In this document: piece after piece, positions 1 to 12,971 of the stretch
Layout: each line of letters begins with the position of its first letter
Numbering within the stretch: the stretch's first letter is position 1
NCBI RefSeq assembly: GCF_001194135.2
Contig: NC_068984.1
Location: forward strand, 37,822,965-37,886,964
Source of the DNA: Octopus bimaculoides
Taxonomy: Eukaryota
DNA: 64,000 nt
Direction: 5' to 3'
Notes under the pieces: generated by a model
Database searches by the model: none
Seen by the model: only the letters and a program-made list of their open reading frames with translations
Told to the model about the DNA's origin: nothing
Translations under genes and position numbers: made by a program

Positions 1-305
1 GCCCGTCATCCTTTCGGGGTCGATAAAATAAGTACCAATTAAGCACTGCTTAATTAAATGCCATATTATGTAACAAGTACGGGATTTTTAGGAAATAAGT
101 TGCCAATTCTAACGCGGTTAATGCATTAAAGTATTCTAGTTATGTGTGATACGTCTATAATCTCATTATTCCAACTGTTTTTCTGAATTTGCTGGACGAT
201 CGCTTGATTCAATATTTGGGGAGTTTTGCACGTTTAAAAGTTTAATTTTGTTACTTTACTTTATCTTTCTTTTCTTTTTTCTCTCCCTTTTCAATATATT
301 TTTCT

Positions 306-1206
306 GGATCTAGTTCAAAACGGGGGCGCCAGTATTTTCTTAACGAAACACTTTGAAACTTGGGACACTGGTAGAATGTGTCATATAAAACATCTTTTTC
401 TCTTAGTCTTCTTAAGAAAAATTATTATATTGCAACTTATTTCATGTTAAAGTTGTCGTATTTCTGTAATTTCAACCAATGACTGACGTCCATTCAGCCG
501 AATACAGTAAGTGCTGACTACGTAAACAAACGATTCTCAAACGATTCTGGCGGTGATAAAATTATTATTTCCTTGTCAAAAAATGGCTGAAGCATATTGG
601 CAGTAGCTAATAAACCTGTAGTAACGCCTGCGCATGCGTAGTCTTACGCATGCGTAGAATTAATAAAGCAAGCGTTTCCCGCTNNNNNNNNNNNNNNNNN
701 NNNNNNNNNNNNNNNNNNNNNNNNNNNNNNNNNNNNNNNNNNNNNNNNNNNNNNNNNNNNNNNNNNNNNNNNNNNNNNNNNNNNNNNNNNNNNNNNNNNN
801 NNNNNNNNNNNNNNNNNNNNNNNNNNNNNNNNNNNNNNNNNNNNNNNNNNNNNNNNNACATACAGTTCAGGCAGATGTTAACGAAATTATATTAAAAATA
901 AAACGAAGGAAAACGAACACACGTGTGTTGCCTCTCTGCAAAATGTCAGAAGTAATGGAGATTAAATACGCTTTACACCGCTTAAACTGCCAAAGGAGTA
1001 ACTGTAAACAGCTGAATACTTGTCAGTGATTGGTTGAAATTATCGAAATAAGACAATTTTTTACATGAAATAACTTCGAATACAAAAATTTTTTTCTGCT
1101 CTATAACACAAAATAGATAAGTATACGAAGTTTGAAAGTCTTTCAGTACCAAAAACACTACATAAAACATAAATGAAAACTGGTGCCCCCGTTTTGAACT
1201 AGATCC
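306..1206. mobile_element. Non-autonomous TIR DNA transposon, GG termini, 8-bp TSD (Merlin-like)
   Basis: TIR ggatctagttcaaaacgggggc(g/a)ccag at both ends, perfect TSD atttttct (298-305 and 1207-1214), long imperfect subterminal inverted repeats, internal N gap. Confidence 0.8.
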
Positions 1207-2121
1207 ATTTTTCTTTCTTTCTACTCTAGAATAAATTTTAATAATTTTGTAATTCTTGCATAAGAACAACAGCAATTGGAAGGCTCCTTGCACATGGAGT
1301 TGAGAATTGAGATACAAAATGTTTAAGCATGTGTGCATATGCATGTTAGAATGTTTATTTTTCTTTATTTTTGAATCAAGAGCGAAGGCAGTGTCCATGA
1401 CCCTTCACGGGGCCTCCGAGACTGGTAGAGCAAAGAAAGAAGATATCCTTAAACTGGAAATGTGATCCGAATGCTTACAATAGAATGGACTCCACTAAAG
1501 TCATCTAAGGTGCTAGGTAGTGTTGCTAAACCGGCCATCGGATTGAGTTTACATCACTCAAGACTGGACGACGGATTAAGATGCACCTGATTTTTTGTTT
1601 GTTTATTTATGTGTGTATTTGTACCGACGCGTGTATATGTGTGCATATGTATGCATCATATACGCTAAGTTTGTGTGAGAATGTATTGTTTGTAACAAAG
1701 CATCGTATAATATATTAAATATGATGTTACTGACAGTAGAGAGGTTGTCTATATGAATTCATGCTGTAATTTTTCGTACAACAAAACATATGTAGCAATC
1801 AAAATAGTTTAGATCAAAATTATTTGCAAATCTGCAACAAGTGTACCAGAAGAATTTGGCATAGCGGAATCCGTGTTAATATTAGCAAGTAAAATAATAC
1901 ATACCTACATGCATTACATACGTACGTACAAATATACACAGATTCATACATGCATACATACGTACGTACGTAAATATGTACGTACATGCATACATACATA
2001 CGCACATACATACACAGGTGTGTGGGTGGTGAGGCAATTTATATACATGCAAACATGCGTATGAAATACATTTATTATGTGTCTACGAATGCATGTGCGT
2101 ATACATATATGTGTGTGTGTA

Positions 2122-2248
<127 letters not shown>

Positions 2249-3968
2249 GCCCGTGTGTGTTTATTTGTGAGAATAAATGCACAAGATATAAATCTCACAC
2301 ATATAATAGCATTTCATATTATGCGCTTACGTTCATGACAGTATGGCGCCTTTTATATTTCACCTCAACGAAAGCTAGTGCGTTCTGCTTAATTAATTAA
2401 CCACACTCTGTAAAAATGTACAGTATTCCCACCCACAATTTGTTGTTTTTAATTAACACAAGAGTTATGCTTTTCTCAAAAGTCTCAACTGTTCTCATTC
2501 AGGCAAACTGTTTTGTTTCTGCTCTTTTATACTTAAGAATCTCTTGAAACTGACTGAAAGCATAACGTTTCGTGGTGCTTGAACATCAACGATGCACCAA
2601 CTCAACTATGAATAAATAATCTTATTCCTACCTAATCATTCATCACACGTCTCGTATCCTCTCCCCTTCTCCCAACTCTCTATCCATTCTGCAGTTGTAT
2701 TTTGCTTTTCAAACATCTGTTTTATCTCCTTCATTCTGTACTAACTTTATTTATTTATTTTAATATTTTACCACGAGACACCCTGCTTTAATAAAACGCT
2801 ATTACATCAAGGTATGCACAGCAGTATGCAATAAATCAGTGACATTTTCTTCTTCTGTCGCCTCTTCCTTTTTTTCATTTTTTACACCGTGTTTTTCTTT
2901 CTCTTCTTCCTAATTTCCCATTCATTTATTTGTTCTTCTTCTTTTCGTTTTCTTCTCCTGTCTCCAGTTCTTGAATTTCACAGTAATACTAGTGTTAGGA
3001 AAAGCATGACTATCATGACTTCTCGTGTTTTTCTTCCCCAAAAGTCTCAAGCTGCATATCAAAGGATGAATTGAAACCAAACCGATCCCTGTCAGGAAAG
3101 AAATACTCCAAGAGATCTTCTCTCCATTATTATTCTGCTTAACGTTATCATATTTAATCTAAATCGGAATCAAGCGATATCGGATAACATTTATTCGTTT
3201 CCTGCGTATATGGTTGATCTCACGATGTATGCTACAGATGACAAATATCTGGAAACCCTGCTAAACATGGCGGACGGATCAGTAGGGAAATTTGTATGAA
3301 ATATAATTTGGAAAAATATTCCAAGCCAGACTTGAAGAGAGGAAAAGTAATGAAAACCAGATATGGCAGTGTGGTTAAGAAGTTAGCATCGCAACCCCGT
3401 GGTTTCGAGTTCAGTCCCAATGCACAGCATTTTCGGGTCAATTTTTTTTTTTTGCTACAATCCTGGGCCGACTAACGCCTTATGAATAAATTTGATAGAC
3501 AGAAAATGTGCGAAAGCCAGTCGTATACATATATACATTTATATATGGTTGCCAAGTTATGTTTTTTCTCGCCACTGGGCAACCAGTGCTTGTCTATTTA
3601 CGTCCCCCATAACATCGATTAAGCAAAAAGAGAGCGAATAAATATTAGGGCTGATAAATGCTTAAAATAAATACTGGGGTTGATTTGATCGACTACACTC
3701 TTCAAGATGATACCCCAGTATGGTTGCAGTTCAATGACTGAAACAAGTATAAAAAAGGAAATTATCATGTTACATAAATCTTCATAAATACTTTGGAAGG
3801 AATGAACTTGGTATTGTATAATGCTCACAAATGAATGAACATGATAGAATGTAATACTATCACATAGACAAGTAATTTACACTAAAATTAGGGTTAAATG
3901 CTTAAAATAAGCAAAAGTGTCAATGTTCCATTTGTGACTAATAGTTACAATTACAATTTGGGGGAATG

Positions 3969-4250
3969 TACTTGCCTGGCAAGAGATTTGATCCGAGACC
4001 GTGTATTAAGATTAAAACAATTACAGCGTAGAAGGCGCATATTAGCCATTCAGAAATGCATTTAAAAAAAAACCGTTAACTTCACTTGAATATGTATTAA
4101 TTTTGTGTCAAAATTTTCTGTGTCAGTCAGTAACCAGGTCGTAGTTGGTGTGACGAAAATTTTGACATCACCTTAATAAATGTTCAAGTGAAATTAACAC
4201 TTTTTGTGCATTTTTGAACGGCTAATACGCGTTTTCCACGCTGTAATTGT
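3969..4250. mobile_element. Fold-back repeat, copy 1
   Basis: Arms acaattacagcgtagaaggcg... and ...ttccacgctgtaattgt form a hairpin of about 230 bp, with a one-sided extension tacttgcctggcaag...gatccgagaccgtg. Related copy at 14545-14800. Confidence 0.7.
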
Positions 4251-4303
4251 TACAATAATAATATTGTCTAAGGCGGCGAGCTGGCAGAAACGTTAGCACG
4301 CCG

Positions 4304-4412
4304 CATCCTTTCGGGGTCGATTAAATAAGTACTAGTTACGCACTGGGATCGATGTTTGTCTGTCCTTGTTTGTTCCCTCTGTGTGTAGCCCTTTGTGGGC
4401 AGTAAAGAAATA
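4304..4412 (+). mobile_element. 5'-truncated family-A SINE inserted into another family-A head
   Basis: Flanked by an 18-bp TSD agaaacgttagcacgccg (4286-4303 and 4413-4430); ends tagccctttgtgggcagtaaagaaata. Confidence 0.85.
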
Positions 4413-4492
4413 AGAAACGTTAGCACGCCGGGCGAAATGCTTAGCGGTATTTCGTCTGTCTTTATGTTCTGAGTTCAAATTCTACCGAGGTC

Positions 4493-5189
4493 GGATCTTT
4501 TTTAAAACGGGGGCCACATTTTTCATTAATGTTTTACGTAGTGTTTTTGGTACCGAAAGACTTTCAAACTTCGTATACTTATCTATTTTGTGTTATAGAA
4601 CAGAAAAATATTTTTGTATTCGAATNNNNNNNNNNNNNNNNNNNNNNNNNNNNNNNNNNNNNNNNNNNNNNNNNNNNNNNNNNNNNNNNNNNNNNNNNNN
4701 NNNNNNNNNNNNNNNNNNNNNNNNNNNNNNNNNNNNNNNNNNNNNNNNNNNNNNNNNNNNNNNNNNNNNNNNNNNNNNNNNNNNNNNNNNNNNNNNNNNN
4801 NNNNNNNNNNNNNNNNNNNNNNNNNNNNNNNNNNNNNNNNNNNNNNNNNNNNNNNNNNNNNNNNNNNNNNNNNNNNNNNNNNNNNNNNNNNNNNNNNNNN
4901 NNNNNNNNNNNNNNNNNNNNNNNNNNNNNNNNNNNNNNNNNNNNNNNNNNNNNNNNNNNNNNNNNNNNNNNNNNNNNNNNNNNNNNNNNNNNNNNNNNGG
5001 CTGAATGGACGTCAGTGATTGGTTGAAATTACAGAAATACGACAACTTTAACATGGAATAACTTAGGGATTTCTTTTTTTTCAAGAAGACTAAGAGAAAA
5101 AGATGTTTTATATGACACATTCTACCAGTGTTCCAAGTTACAAAGTGTTTCGTTAATGAAAAATGTGGCCCCCGTTTTAAAAAAGATCC
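4493..5189. mobile_element. Second copy of the GG-TIR, 8-bp-TSD element, in opposite orientation
   Basis: TIR ggatcttttttaaaacgggggccaca, TSD ccgaggtc (4485-4492 and 5190-5197), internal sequence homologous to 306-1206, internal N gap. Confidence 0.8.
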
Positions 5190-5811
5190 CCGAGGTCGAC
5201 TTTGCCTTTCATCTTTTCGGGGTTGATAAATTAAGTACCAATTGCGTCCTGGGGTCGATCTAATCGACTGGCCTCCTCCCACAAAATTTCGGGCCTTGTG
5301 CCTAGAGTAGAAAAGAATGATACTGTGTCTAATTTAGGCACAAAGCCATAAATTTTGAAGCGAAAGTATTAATCGATACAATCTACCCTAGTACCTCACT
5401 GATACTTTATCCTATCGACTCCGAAGGAATGAAAGGTAAAGCTGACGTCGTAGGGATTTGAACTTAGAACATAATGATCTGTAACAACTGTGAATTATCA
5501 TTGCTAGTTACAAAAACAAGAAAGGTTAATGACTACATTGAGAATCTTTTCTACTTTAGGCACAAGACCCGCAATTTGGGTGGAGGGAGCCAGGCGATTA
5601 GATCGACCTCAGTACGCAACTGGTACTTAATTTATCGACCCCAGGGGACGAAAGGCAAAGTCAACCTCGGCGGAAGACTATATTGAGAATGCAATAAACA
5701 AAATTCAGCACAAAATAGATAAATTCTATTTAATACTAGTAGACATAAAGAGAGGATTTTCTACAACTATCCACAAAATGTATACTATATGACTCAAACG
5801 ATGTTGTTTGT

Positions 5812-6181
5812 TGGCACTCCGTCGCTTACGACGTCGAGGGTTCCAGTTGATCCGATCAACGGAACAGCCTGCTCGTGAAATTAACGTGCAAGTGGCTGAG
5901 CACTCCACAGACACGTGTACCCTTAACGTAGTTCTCGGGGATATTCAGCGTGACACAGTGTGACAAGGCTGATCCTTTGAATTACAAGAACAACAGAAAC
6001 AGGAAGTAAGAGTGAGAGAAAGTTGTGGTGAAAGAATACAGCAGGGTTCGCCACCATCCCCTGCCGGAGCCTCGTGGAGCTTTAGGTGTCTTCGCTCAAT
6101 AAACACTCACAACGCCCGGTCTGGGAATCGAAACCGCGATCCTATGACCGCTGCCCTAACCACTGGGCCATTGCGCCTCCA
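5812..6181 (-). mobile_element. tRNA-headed SINE (family B)
   Basis: Minus-strand head tggaggcgcaatggcccagtggttagggc...ggtttcgattcc and tail ...tcgtaagcgacggagtgcc. Other copies at 16775, 24680, 31378 and 42770. Confidence 0.85.
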
Positions 6182-9100
6182 TATTCAAACGATGTAAGGT
6201 AAAATAAATGCCTTTCAAGTACTGGAAGAGGGGTCGACTTAATTGACTACACTCTTCCCAAAATTCGTTACGTAATACCTACGCTAGAAATCATTAGTAA
6301 AATATAGATAAAATATTGAGAGCATTGCAAATTATCAGAACTAATATTATGTCGACTAAATACCCTGCAATAGTTAATTAACTTCGTTTACGTTTGATTT
6401 CAAATCCCGATGGAATTGTCATTAAATTTTGCTTTTCTGGTGGCCGGGGGATCTATAAAATAACTACAACAAACATACTGATTGGTTCAGCATCATAGTA
6501 CTACCGACCCTGAGAAAATTGTTTTCTTTCTTTCTTTCTTTTTTTTTTTCTTTTTGCCACATTAAAGAAAATTACAATTAAACAATAAAAGTAAATCGTG
6601 GAAATCGGTTCGGAGATTTGAATCCTGTTGCCGAATCTATGCTGTTTCCATGACCGACCGAGATCTTCAAGGCACAGTCCACCTATTACTAATTATTTAT
6701 AACGAGATTGTGTGCATGTATGAGTGTATGCATGTATGTATGTATTACTACTATATATCTGTGTGTCTTGGGTATGAATTTAAACTTGATTCAATTGTGG
6801 GGCCCCGGCACGAAAGTTTGAGGCGTGTAGAACCACCTGTTAGTCACCATTGATTCCAGATCTACTCTGGCACGGAGTAGCAGCAGCTGTTAGGGTTCCA
6901 GCAAAGGACTAACTAGCATGTGAAGGACCCCTAATTTTCGTAAAAACTTCTTTCTAGAAGGTAAAACTCATTTAAAAAACCCAGAAATGCAGTTGGCTTT
7001 TAGTCGCCTCAACCTTTGTTGTGCTACTGATTTTATAGTTGTTTGCGATAGAAAGTGGGTTCAATGCTGTGCAACACTTTATTCACTCAAATCTAATTCA
7101 CGCACAGGAAATTCTTGGACTCTCCGGACGTTTGCACGGACTAGGAAGTGGTGTTATTCGGTCACGAGTTGACTTCCACCATTACCACTGCAAATTGCAA
7201 ACGCAACAGTATATCTCACAAGTGTTTCGTTAGTGCTGAGTTCAACCCTACCCCTGGATTTTGACAGTAGTGGTGTTGGGTCCCATTAACCTCTTGTATG
7301 CACATCTGAATGTACTTTGGATTTGATCATAGTCGTTGAACCTTAGAAAGAGTTTCACTTCAAGTTAGAGAAAACAACTGCTGTTATGAGCACTCAGATC
7401 AGATCCTCTATTCTTATTTAGTCTCAGGTCCTGATAGAACATACCTATATCAAAACATTTCAGGAAGGACAATATTATACAATGTATCGTTCCCTTTTCA
7501 AAACTATAGGGTGGGATGAGATGTTGCTGTTTATAGAAAGTCGAGCAACTATGTACAGATTATTTTTTGGGGCTCGCTTGCAACAGAGTAAACTCTAATA
7601 GTCTTGTTAAACCAGATCGAATTTTAAGTCTACTACCTTATAAAAAAACGCGTTTGATTCAATCACCTAAAACGGTAAAGCAATAGATTATACGTCATAA
7701 TTGTTCAGTTCTCTAGAAATTCAGCATTCTATTCTTAAAAAGGGTTCGTTTAAGTACAGTAATAATCTGGAGTAAATATGGCTAATTATAATTTTATTGA
7801 TTGCAAAGTTGACCATTAGATAAGGCAATTCCACAATCCTCATCTGCCTCATCTTCCATCTTTTTCACCTTCTCCTCCCATCATCATAATCATCTCATTT
7901 CCACCAACATCATCATCACCACCTCGATTTTTCTAATTTACTCTGAAATATAAGTCTAGACGTAGATATGTTCTTATAGACTTGACAATAGTAAGTTCCG
8001 TATATGCTATTTGAGTACTCTCAAAAGACTTTCTATAAACTTTGGATATTTGTATGTATTTTGTAAAATGTACCAAATGTTTTCGAAATGTGCATCTATG
8101 CAATGCAAAAAAGAGAGTGTGAGAGAGAGGGAGAAACTTTCGATTAATTCTCTAGTAATAATAGTTAAAATAATAGGTTGGATAACACAATGAACATAGA
8201 AGCATAACTCTCCATAAAACATAGATAATCTCAAAATGAAACGAAGAATACAATTATGCTATACGAACCCCCGAGAAAGTATATTTAACACTTATGTATT
8301 ATATACTAATGCGGCGAACTGACAACATGCTTAGCGGCGTTTCGTCTAGCCTAACGCTCTGAGTTCAAATTCCGCCGAGATCGACTTTGTCTTTCATGCT
8401 ATTGGAGTCGATGAAATAAATACCAGTTGAGCACTGGGGTCGATGTAATCGACTTATTCCCTCCTTCGAAATTGCTAGCTAAGTACCAAAATTTGAAATC
8501 AATATTTATATCTTATATATCATTTTATTAATGTAAAAACAAAATATATAACGATAGATTAGCAGAATCTTTAGAGCGCCAGGAAACACCCAGCTGTACT
8601 TGTTCTGTCTCGCTCTTTATGCTCTGAGTTCAAATCTCGCCAGATAAACTTTGCGTTTCAAAAGTCCGATAAAGTACCAGTCAAATAATGGAGTCAGTAT
8701 AATCGACCAGATCCCTTTCTCCAAGTATCTGGCCTCATGTTTATGTAAGAAATTATACACAAAGTACATTGATTAAATAATATGTAACAACATATGACAT
8801 TAGCGAACTAATAAGCAATAAGACATATGAAACATAAGCAGCACCCTAAAAATGAAGTACGAGTTACAGCGAATAAAAAAACAAAGCAAAAAAAAAAAAG
8901 ATAAAACCTAAAACACTAGCGAATGTATCAAATTTTATAATAAACAATAAACATATCCTAAAAAGAGAACAAGTTATGCATAGAATTTTACACAACAAAT
9001 AAAACAATCGGAAACAAAAGTAAGCACGGTTTTAAGGTTAGAAAATTACTTCCAAAACAATGGGTTTCGGTTACAATCTCATTGCTCGACACTGAGCGAC

Positions 9101-9467
9101 GGAAATATAATAAACTAAAATTGTATGGAAGCCTATCGGAGAAACCGTTCTTGTATAGTAGACTTAATCCATCGCCCGATTTAACACCACCCGTTCTTGG
9201 ATGACTTTAGGAAAGTTCACTTTGTTTCGAGCATTCGAATCAAGTCTCTGGTCTGAGGATATTCTCCTTCCTTCCTCCCTTTGAGTCTTTGAAAAAATTT
9301 ACATGCGCAACTCTCTCTCCTTTGACAAAACCAAAGAAAACAAACGAGCCAATGATGCTACTTCTACGTGGCTGCTTGACCGAATAGAAATATTGATTAC
9401 AGAAATATTGATATAGGGCGGCGAGTTAGCAGAAACGTTAGCACGCGGGTCGAACTGCTTCGCGGTA

Positions 9468-11096
9468 TAACGGCTCTGTGAATTATTGTGAATACTGTTG
9501 TGTTACTTTGTGAAAACTGTCTCGGTGATTAATTGTGATTTTTGTGGAATTATTACGGTTACATTTCACGTGAGCTGCTGCATTTTCCCCAGCTATGGCA
9601 AGTGGTAGTGTCTCCAGTATGGAGAGCTACGCCAAGGCCACTGCGGTGAGGAAGCCAGTGCCGCTGGAAACCAAGTTAATCAAGTTGGATATGGAGGAGG
9701 TGACTAGAAGCAGGAATTTGATAGAAGTTGAGGGAGGCTCGTACAAATTGTGTCCCCCAAAAGAGACTAAAGAAAAATAAGATTCTGAGGACAGTAGTGT
9801 ATCGTACACAAGCTGTCGAAACCGGTAAAATTGAAATGGTGACAGAAGAAGAAATCGAGGAGTGCCTGGGTGAAATTGTCAATGAAGCCACGTACATCAA
9901 CAGAGGAAGAAAGTTCGGTACAGTTGAGGTGAGGTTCGCCACTATAGAAGAGGCAACCAAGCATGCAACCAACATATTAAGAAGTGAGAAAATAGCATTG
10001 CTACCAAGCTATAGAGGAAGAAGAAGTGTAAAAATACGAATTCCCAAAGTTACACCAGATATTAAACCAGAGTGGTTGGTTGCAACAGTGCTGACTGCAA
10101 CCAAGGAGGAGCCGGAATTGGGACCAGTGGCGAAAATAAAAGTGTGCAAATGGTTAGGATTTGGACTCGAAATGTGGCTTTTTCCCACATTCGAGGACAT
10201 AGAAAAAATTCCCTACCAGATAGAAGTGGAGGATGAGAGAACGCTAAATGTTGTAGTCGAGGGAAGGAAACCAAATTGCTACATATGCGGGGAAACAGGT
10301 CATATGAAAACCAAATGCCCCCTATATGAGTTCACACAGCCACAGCAAGAGAAAGTACAAGCAGAGGAGGAAAACATTGTAGACCACACGGAGGAAATAA
10401 AAGAGAGACAGAAGTGTGAAACAGAGAAAACAATGTGAAGAACGAAAATGGAGCTACTAACCCTAAAAAACGAAAGAAAAATAAGTCAAAGGAACGGTCA
10501 ACAGAAAGCATAAAAGAGATAGAAAAGCCAGAAACTAATAATGCACAAGAAGAGGAGGAGAGAACGGAGAAAGATGTCAAATACAAGGAGTTTTTGATAA
10601 AGTACGAGAATTGCGAGCAGATGGAGAGAAAAGTTGAAGGAAACAATAACAGTGAAAATGTCAGAGAAATGTGCTGAGAAATGCATTTTGATAAAAGAGA
10701 GAAACTACTGGAAGTAGATAAAAGAACTTGGTGAAAATACAATAACGAAACGGATATGGTTGGTGGAGACACCACCCACTAGAACTGATTATTTGCAGTT
10801 GTTAAGGACGGACGTAACAATGATTAATGGAAGAAAGGTAACGCGAGTGTTTGAATTTTTTGAGTTACAAAACCGTTAAAATGTTTACATGACGTTGAAC
10901 GTAAAAGTGAAAAACTGGATAAATGTAACCACCCGACTTTGGGGATCGAGTGGACATTGCGCCTCATTTTTTTCATTCTTGCATATAATCATTTTATTTT
11001 AATTACTCCGATTTTATATTTGCGTTTTGTACTGTTTTTATGTTTTGTGATGTCTTAAAAATTCTTTGTATAGCCCTTTATGGGTAATAAAGAAAT
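9468..11096 (+). mobile_element. ORF1-only (gag-like) non-autonomous retroelement inserted in a family-A SINE
   Basis: Splits the SINE head (9417-9467) from its continuation (11097 onward) with duplication of cggta. Contains a 5' UTR, ORF1, no ORF2, and a 3' end tgtatagccctttatgggtaataaagaaat. Confidence 0.75.
9595..10677 (+). pseudogene. Frameshifted ORF1/gag-like protein with CCHC zinc knuckle (Tx1/L1-like)
   Basis: Three overlapping frames (9595-9780, 9728-10438, 10435-10677) chain together: SYAKA motif, RRM-like segment (FGTVEVRFATIEEA), VVEGRKPNCYICGETGHMKTKC knuckle, E/K-rich tail. Confidence 0.75.
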
Positions 11097-11281
11097 CGGT
11101 ATTTCGTCTGCCGCTACGTTCTGAGTTCAAATTCTACCGAGGCCGACTTTGCCTTTCATCCTTTCGGGGTCGATTAAATAAGTACCAGTTACGCACTGGA
11201 GTCGATATAATCGACTTAACCCGTTTGTCTGTCCTTGTTTGTCCCCTCTGTGTGTAGCCCCTTGTGAGCAGAAAAGAAATA
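11097..11281 (+). mobile_element. 3' part of the host family-A SINE
   Basis: cggtatttcgtctgccgctacgttctgagttcaaattc... continues the head at 9417-9467; ends tgtagccccttgtgagcagaaaagaaat. Confidence 0.85.
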
Positions 11282-12794
11282 AGAAATGTTGATTACAAAT
11301 GTTGGCACAAGGCCAGCAACTTCGTGGAAGTGGGTAAAGCGATTACGTCGAACCCAGTACTCAACTGGTACTTATTTTATCAACTCCGAAAGGCTGAAAG
11401 GTAAAGATGGACGAAATGCCGCTAAGCATTTAGCCCGGCGTGCTTACATTTCTGCCAGCTCGCTGCCTTTCCGAGCAGGAATATTAGTCAAACCCTCTCA
11501 AACCACATTCTACTTTCTGTTAAAAGGATATATATTGCAGGAAGATTTTTCTTGGGAAAGATACAGCAGCGGTTACACGTTACACTGGTATATTTATAGT
11601 TTACTCTGCTAGTCTCTCCCTACCTTACCCTTGAGGCACTGGGCTTATTTAACCCTCAGGCATGGGGTTTGGCTCATGTGATATCAAAGCATGTCGAACC
11701 ACCAGTAGGACTTTGTGATACATGTTTTGAGTCCAGCCCTCCTCCAAGTCCTGTATTTTCGACAATTTGATCCATAACTGGGGTCGCTGACAGGTGCAAT
11801 CACCCAGAGCAAAGAGGATTTGGGAACAGTAATTACAAAACATTAAGTAATAAGAATAGTTACCGTGAAATATTATCATCAATAAGGGGAGTGGATAAAA
11901 ACCCAGTATGTATGTGGCTCAGATCAAAGTTAATGATATCACTGGAAAGATATAGTTGTCATAATATCACTGATACTTATAAATGTAATATTATGGACAT
12001 GAGCTTGTAACAGAAAAAAAAAAAATTAGAAAAAAGCCAAGAAGACAATAAAAGACCTAAGTCTGCTTTCCATATCTTTAAAGAAAACGAATATCAAAAA
12101 CAAGATCTATGAGATATTTCTCAGGAAATACTGATTAAAACGAAATGGTATACTGATTAGACGAGGTAAATTAATAGATATAATTCATAGATAAAGCAAT
12201 ATTAATAAAACAGAATGCTTAAAAATCAATGAAACGATGAAAGCACATTCTCTCAACAACTAAACAAAGATATTGGTATGCAGTTTGTAATAAAGAGAAG
12301 AAAGCAGTAAAGTGTGAAGGAATCACCGTTCCAGATAGGAAAGCAATACTACCAGTAATGGAATATGTCTATATACATAAATGTGTAATGGTGTCTATCT
12401 GTGTGTGTGTTTGGGGTTACACTAAGTTTTCCCACACCGTCCAACCGATTTTCATGATTTTTTGCACATAGGTAGATCACATGCCCTGAAGTTCAAAAAA
12501 GGCCGAAGTTTTCGTAAACTCGATAATGCATCGATTTTTGTTGGCATCGATTTTTGTGAGCTCAATCGGGAGTTTGAATGGAAATTCCCTTAACGATGTT
12601 ATTTTCCTGCAGCTTTTGCATTTTTTGTCCGATTTTGATGAAAATCGATGAGGGAGCGATGACAGTATATGGCGTTGACGAAAAATCGATAATTGCACCT
12701 GAGCAGTGGTTTTATAAAATCAATAGATATTTTGCGTAATTTTTATACATTATTTACATCTGACGGATATTCGTCCTCATCTTGTTTGTTGTTA

Positions 12795-12838
12795 ACACAA
12801 TGTTTCGGCTGATATACTCTCCAGCCTTCATCAGGTAT
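12795..12838 (-). ncRNA. Minimal type-I hammerhead ribozyme in the PLE tail
   Basis: AUAC-CUGAUGA-A-GGCUG(gagaguauau)CAGCC-GAAAC-AUU-GUGU: intact CUGANGA and GAAA core, 5-bp stem II, 4-bp stem I. The stem III palindrome ACGU appears decayed to ACAU. Confidence 0.7.
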
Positions 12839-12867
12839 TTTTCGATGTTATTATTATTACTATTATT

Positions 12868-12940
12868 CAGGTCACTGCCTGAAATCGAACTCGGAATCTT
12901 CGGGCTAGTAGCCCGCGCTCTTAACCACTACGCCATATGT
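12868..12940 (-). promoter_or_regulatory. tRNA-like Pol III internal promoter (A and B boxes) inside the PLE tail
   Basis: TGGCGTAGTGG (12925-12935) A box, GTTCGATTTC (12881-12890) B-box-like, anticodon-like hairpin CGGG-ctactag-CCCG. No acceptor stem pairing, so not a tRNA gene. Confidence 0.65.
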
Positions 12941-12971
12941 CCGTGGGCAATTATGGAGTGAATTTTAGAGG

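Larger units (their letters stand above)
4271..5318 (+). mobile_element. tRNA-headed SINE (family A) interrupted by two nested insertions
   Basis: Head ggcggcgagctggcagaaacgttagc, B-box-like gagttcaaattc, body gtcgactttgcctttcatc...ggggtcgat, tail ccttgtgcctagagtagaaaagaat. Nested inserts at 4304-4412 and 4493-5189. Confidence 0.85.

Noticed and set aside
12868-12940. tRNA-Ser(ACT) gene
   Set aside because: The acceptor and T stems do not pair and it is embedded in a repeat. Treated as a tRNA-derived head, as are the other SINE heads.
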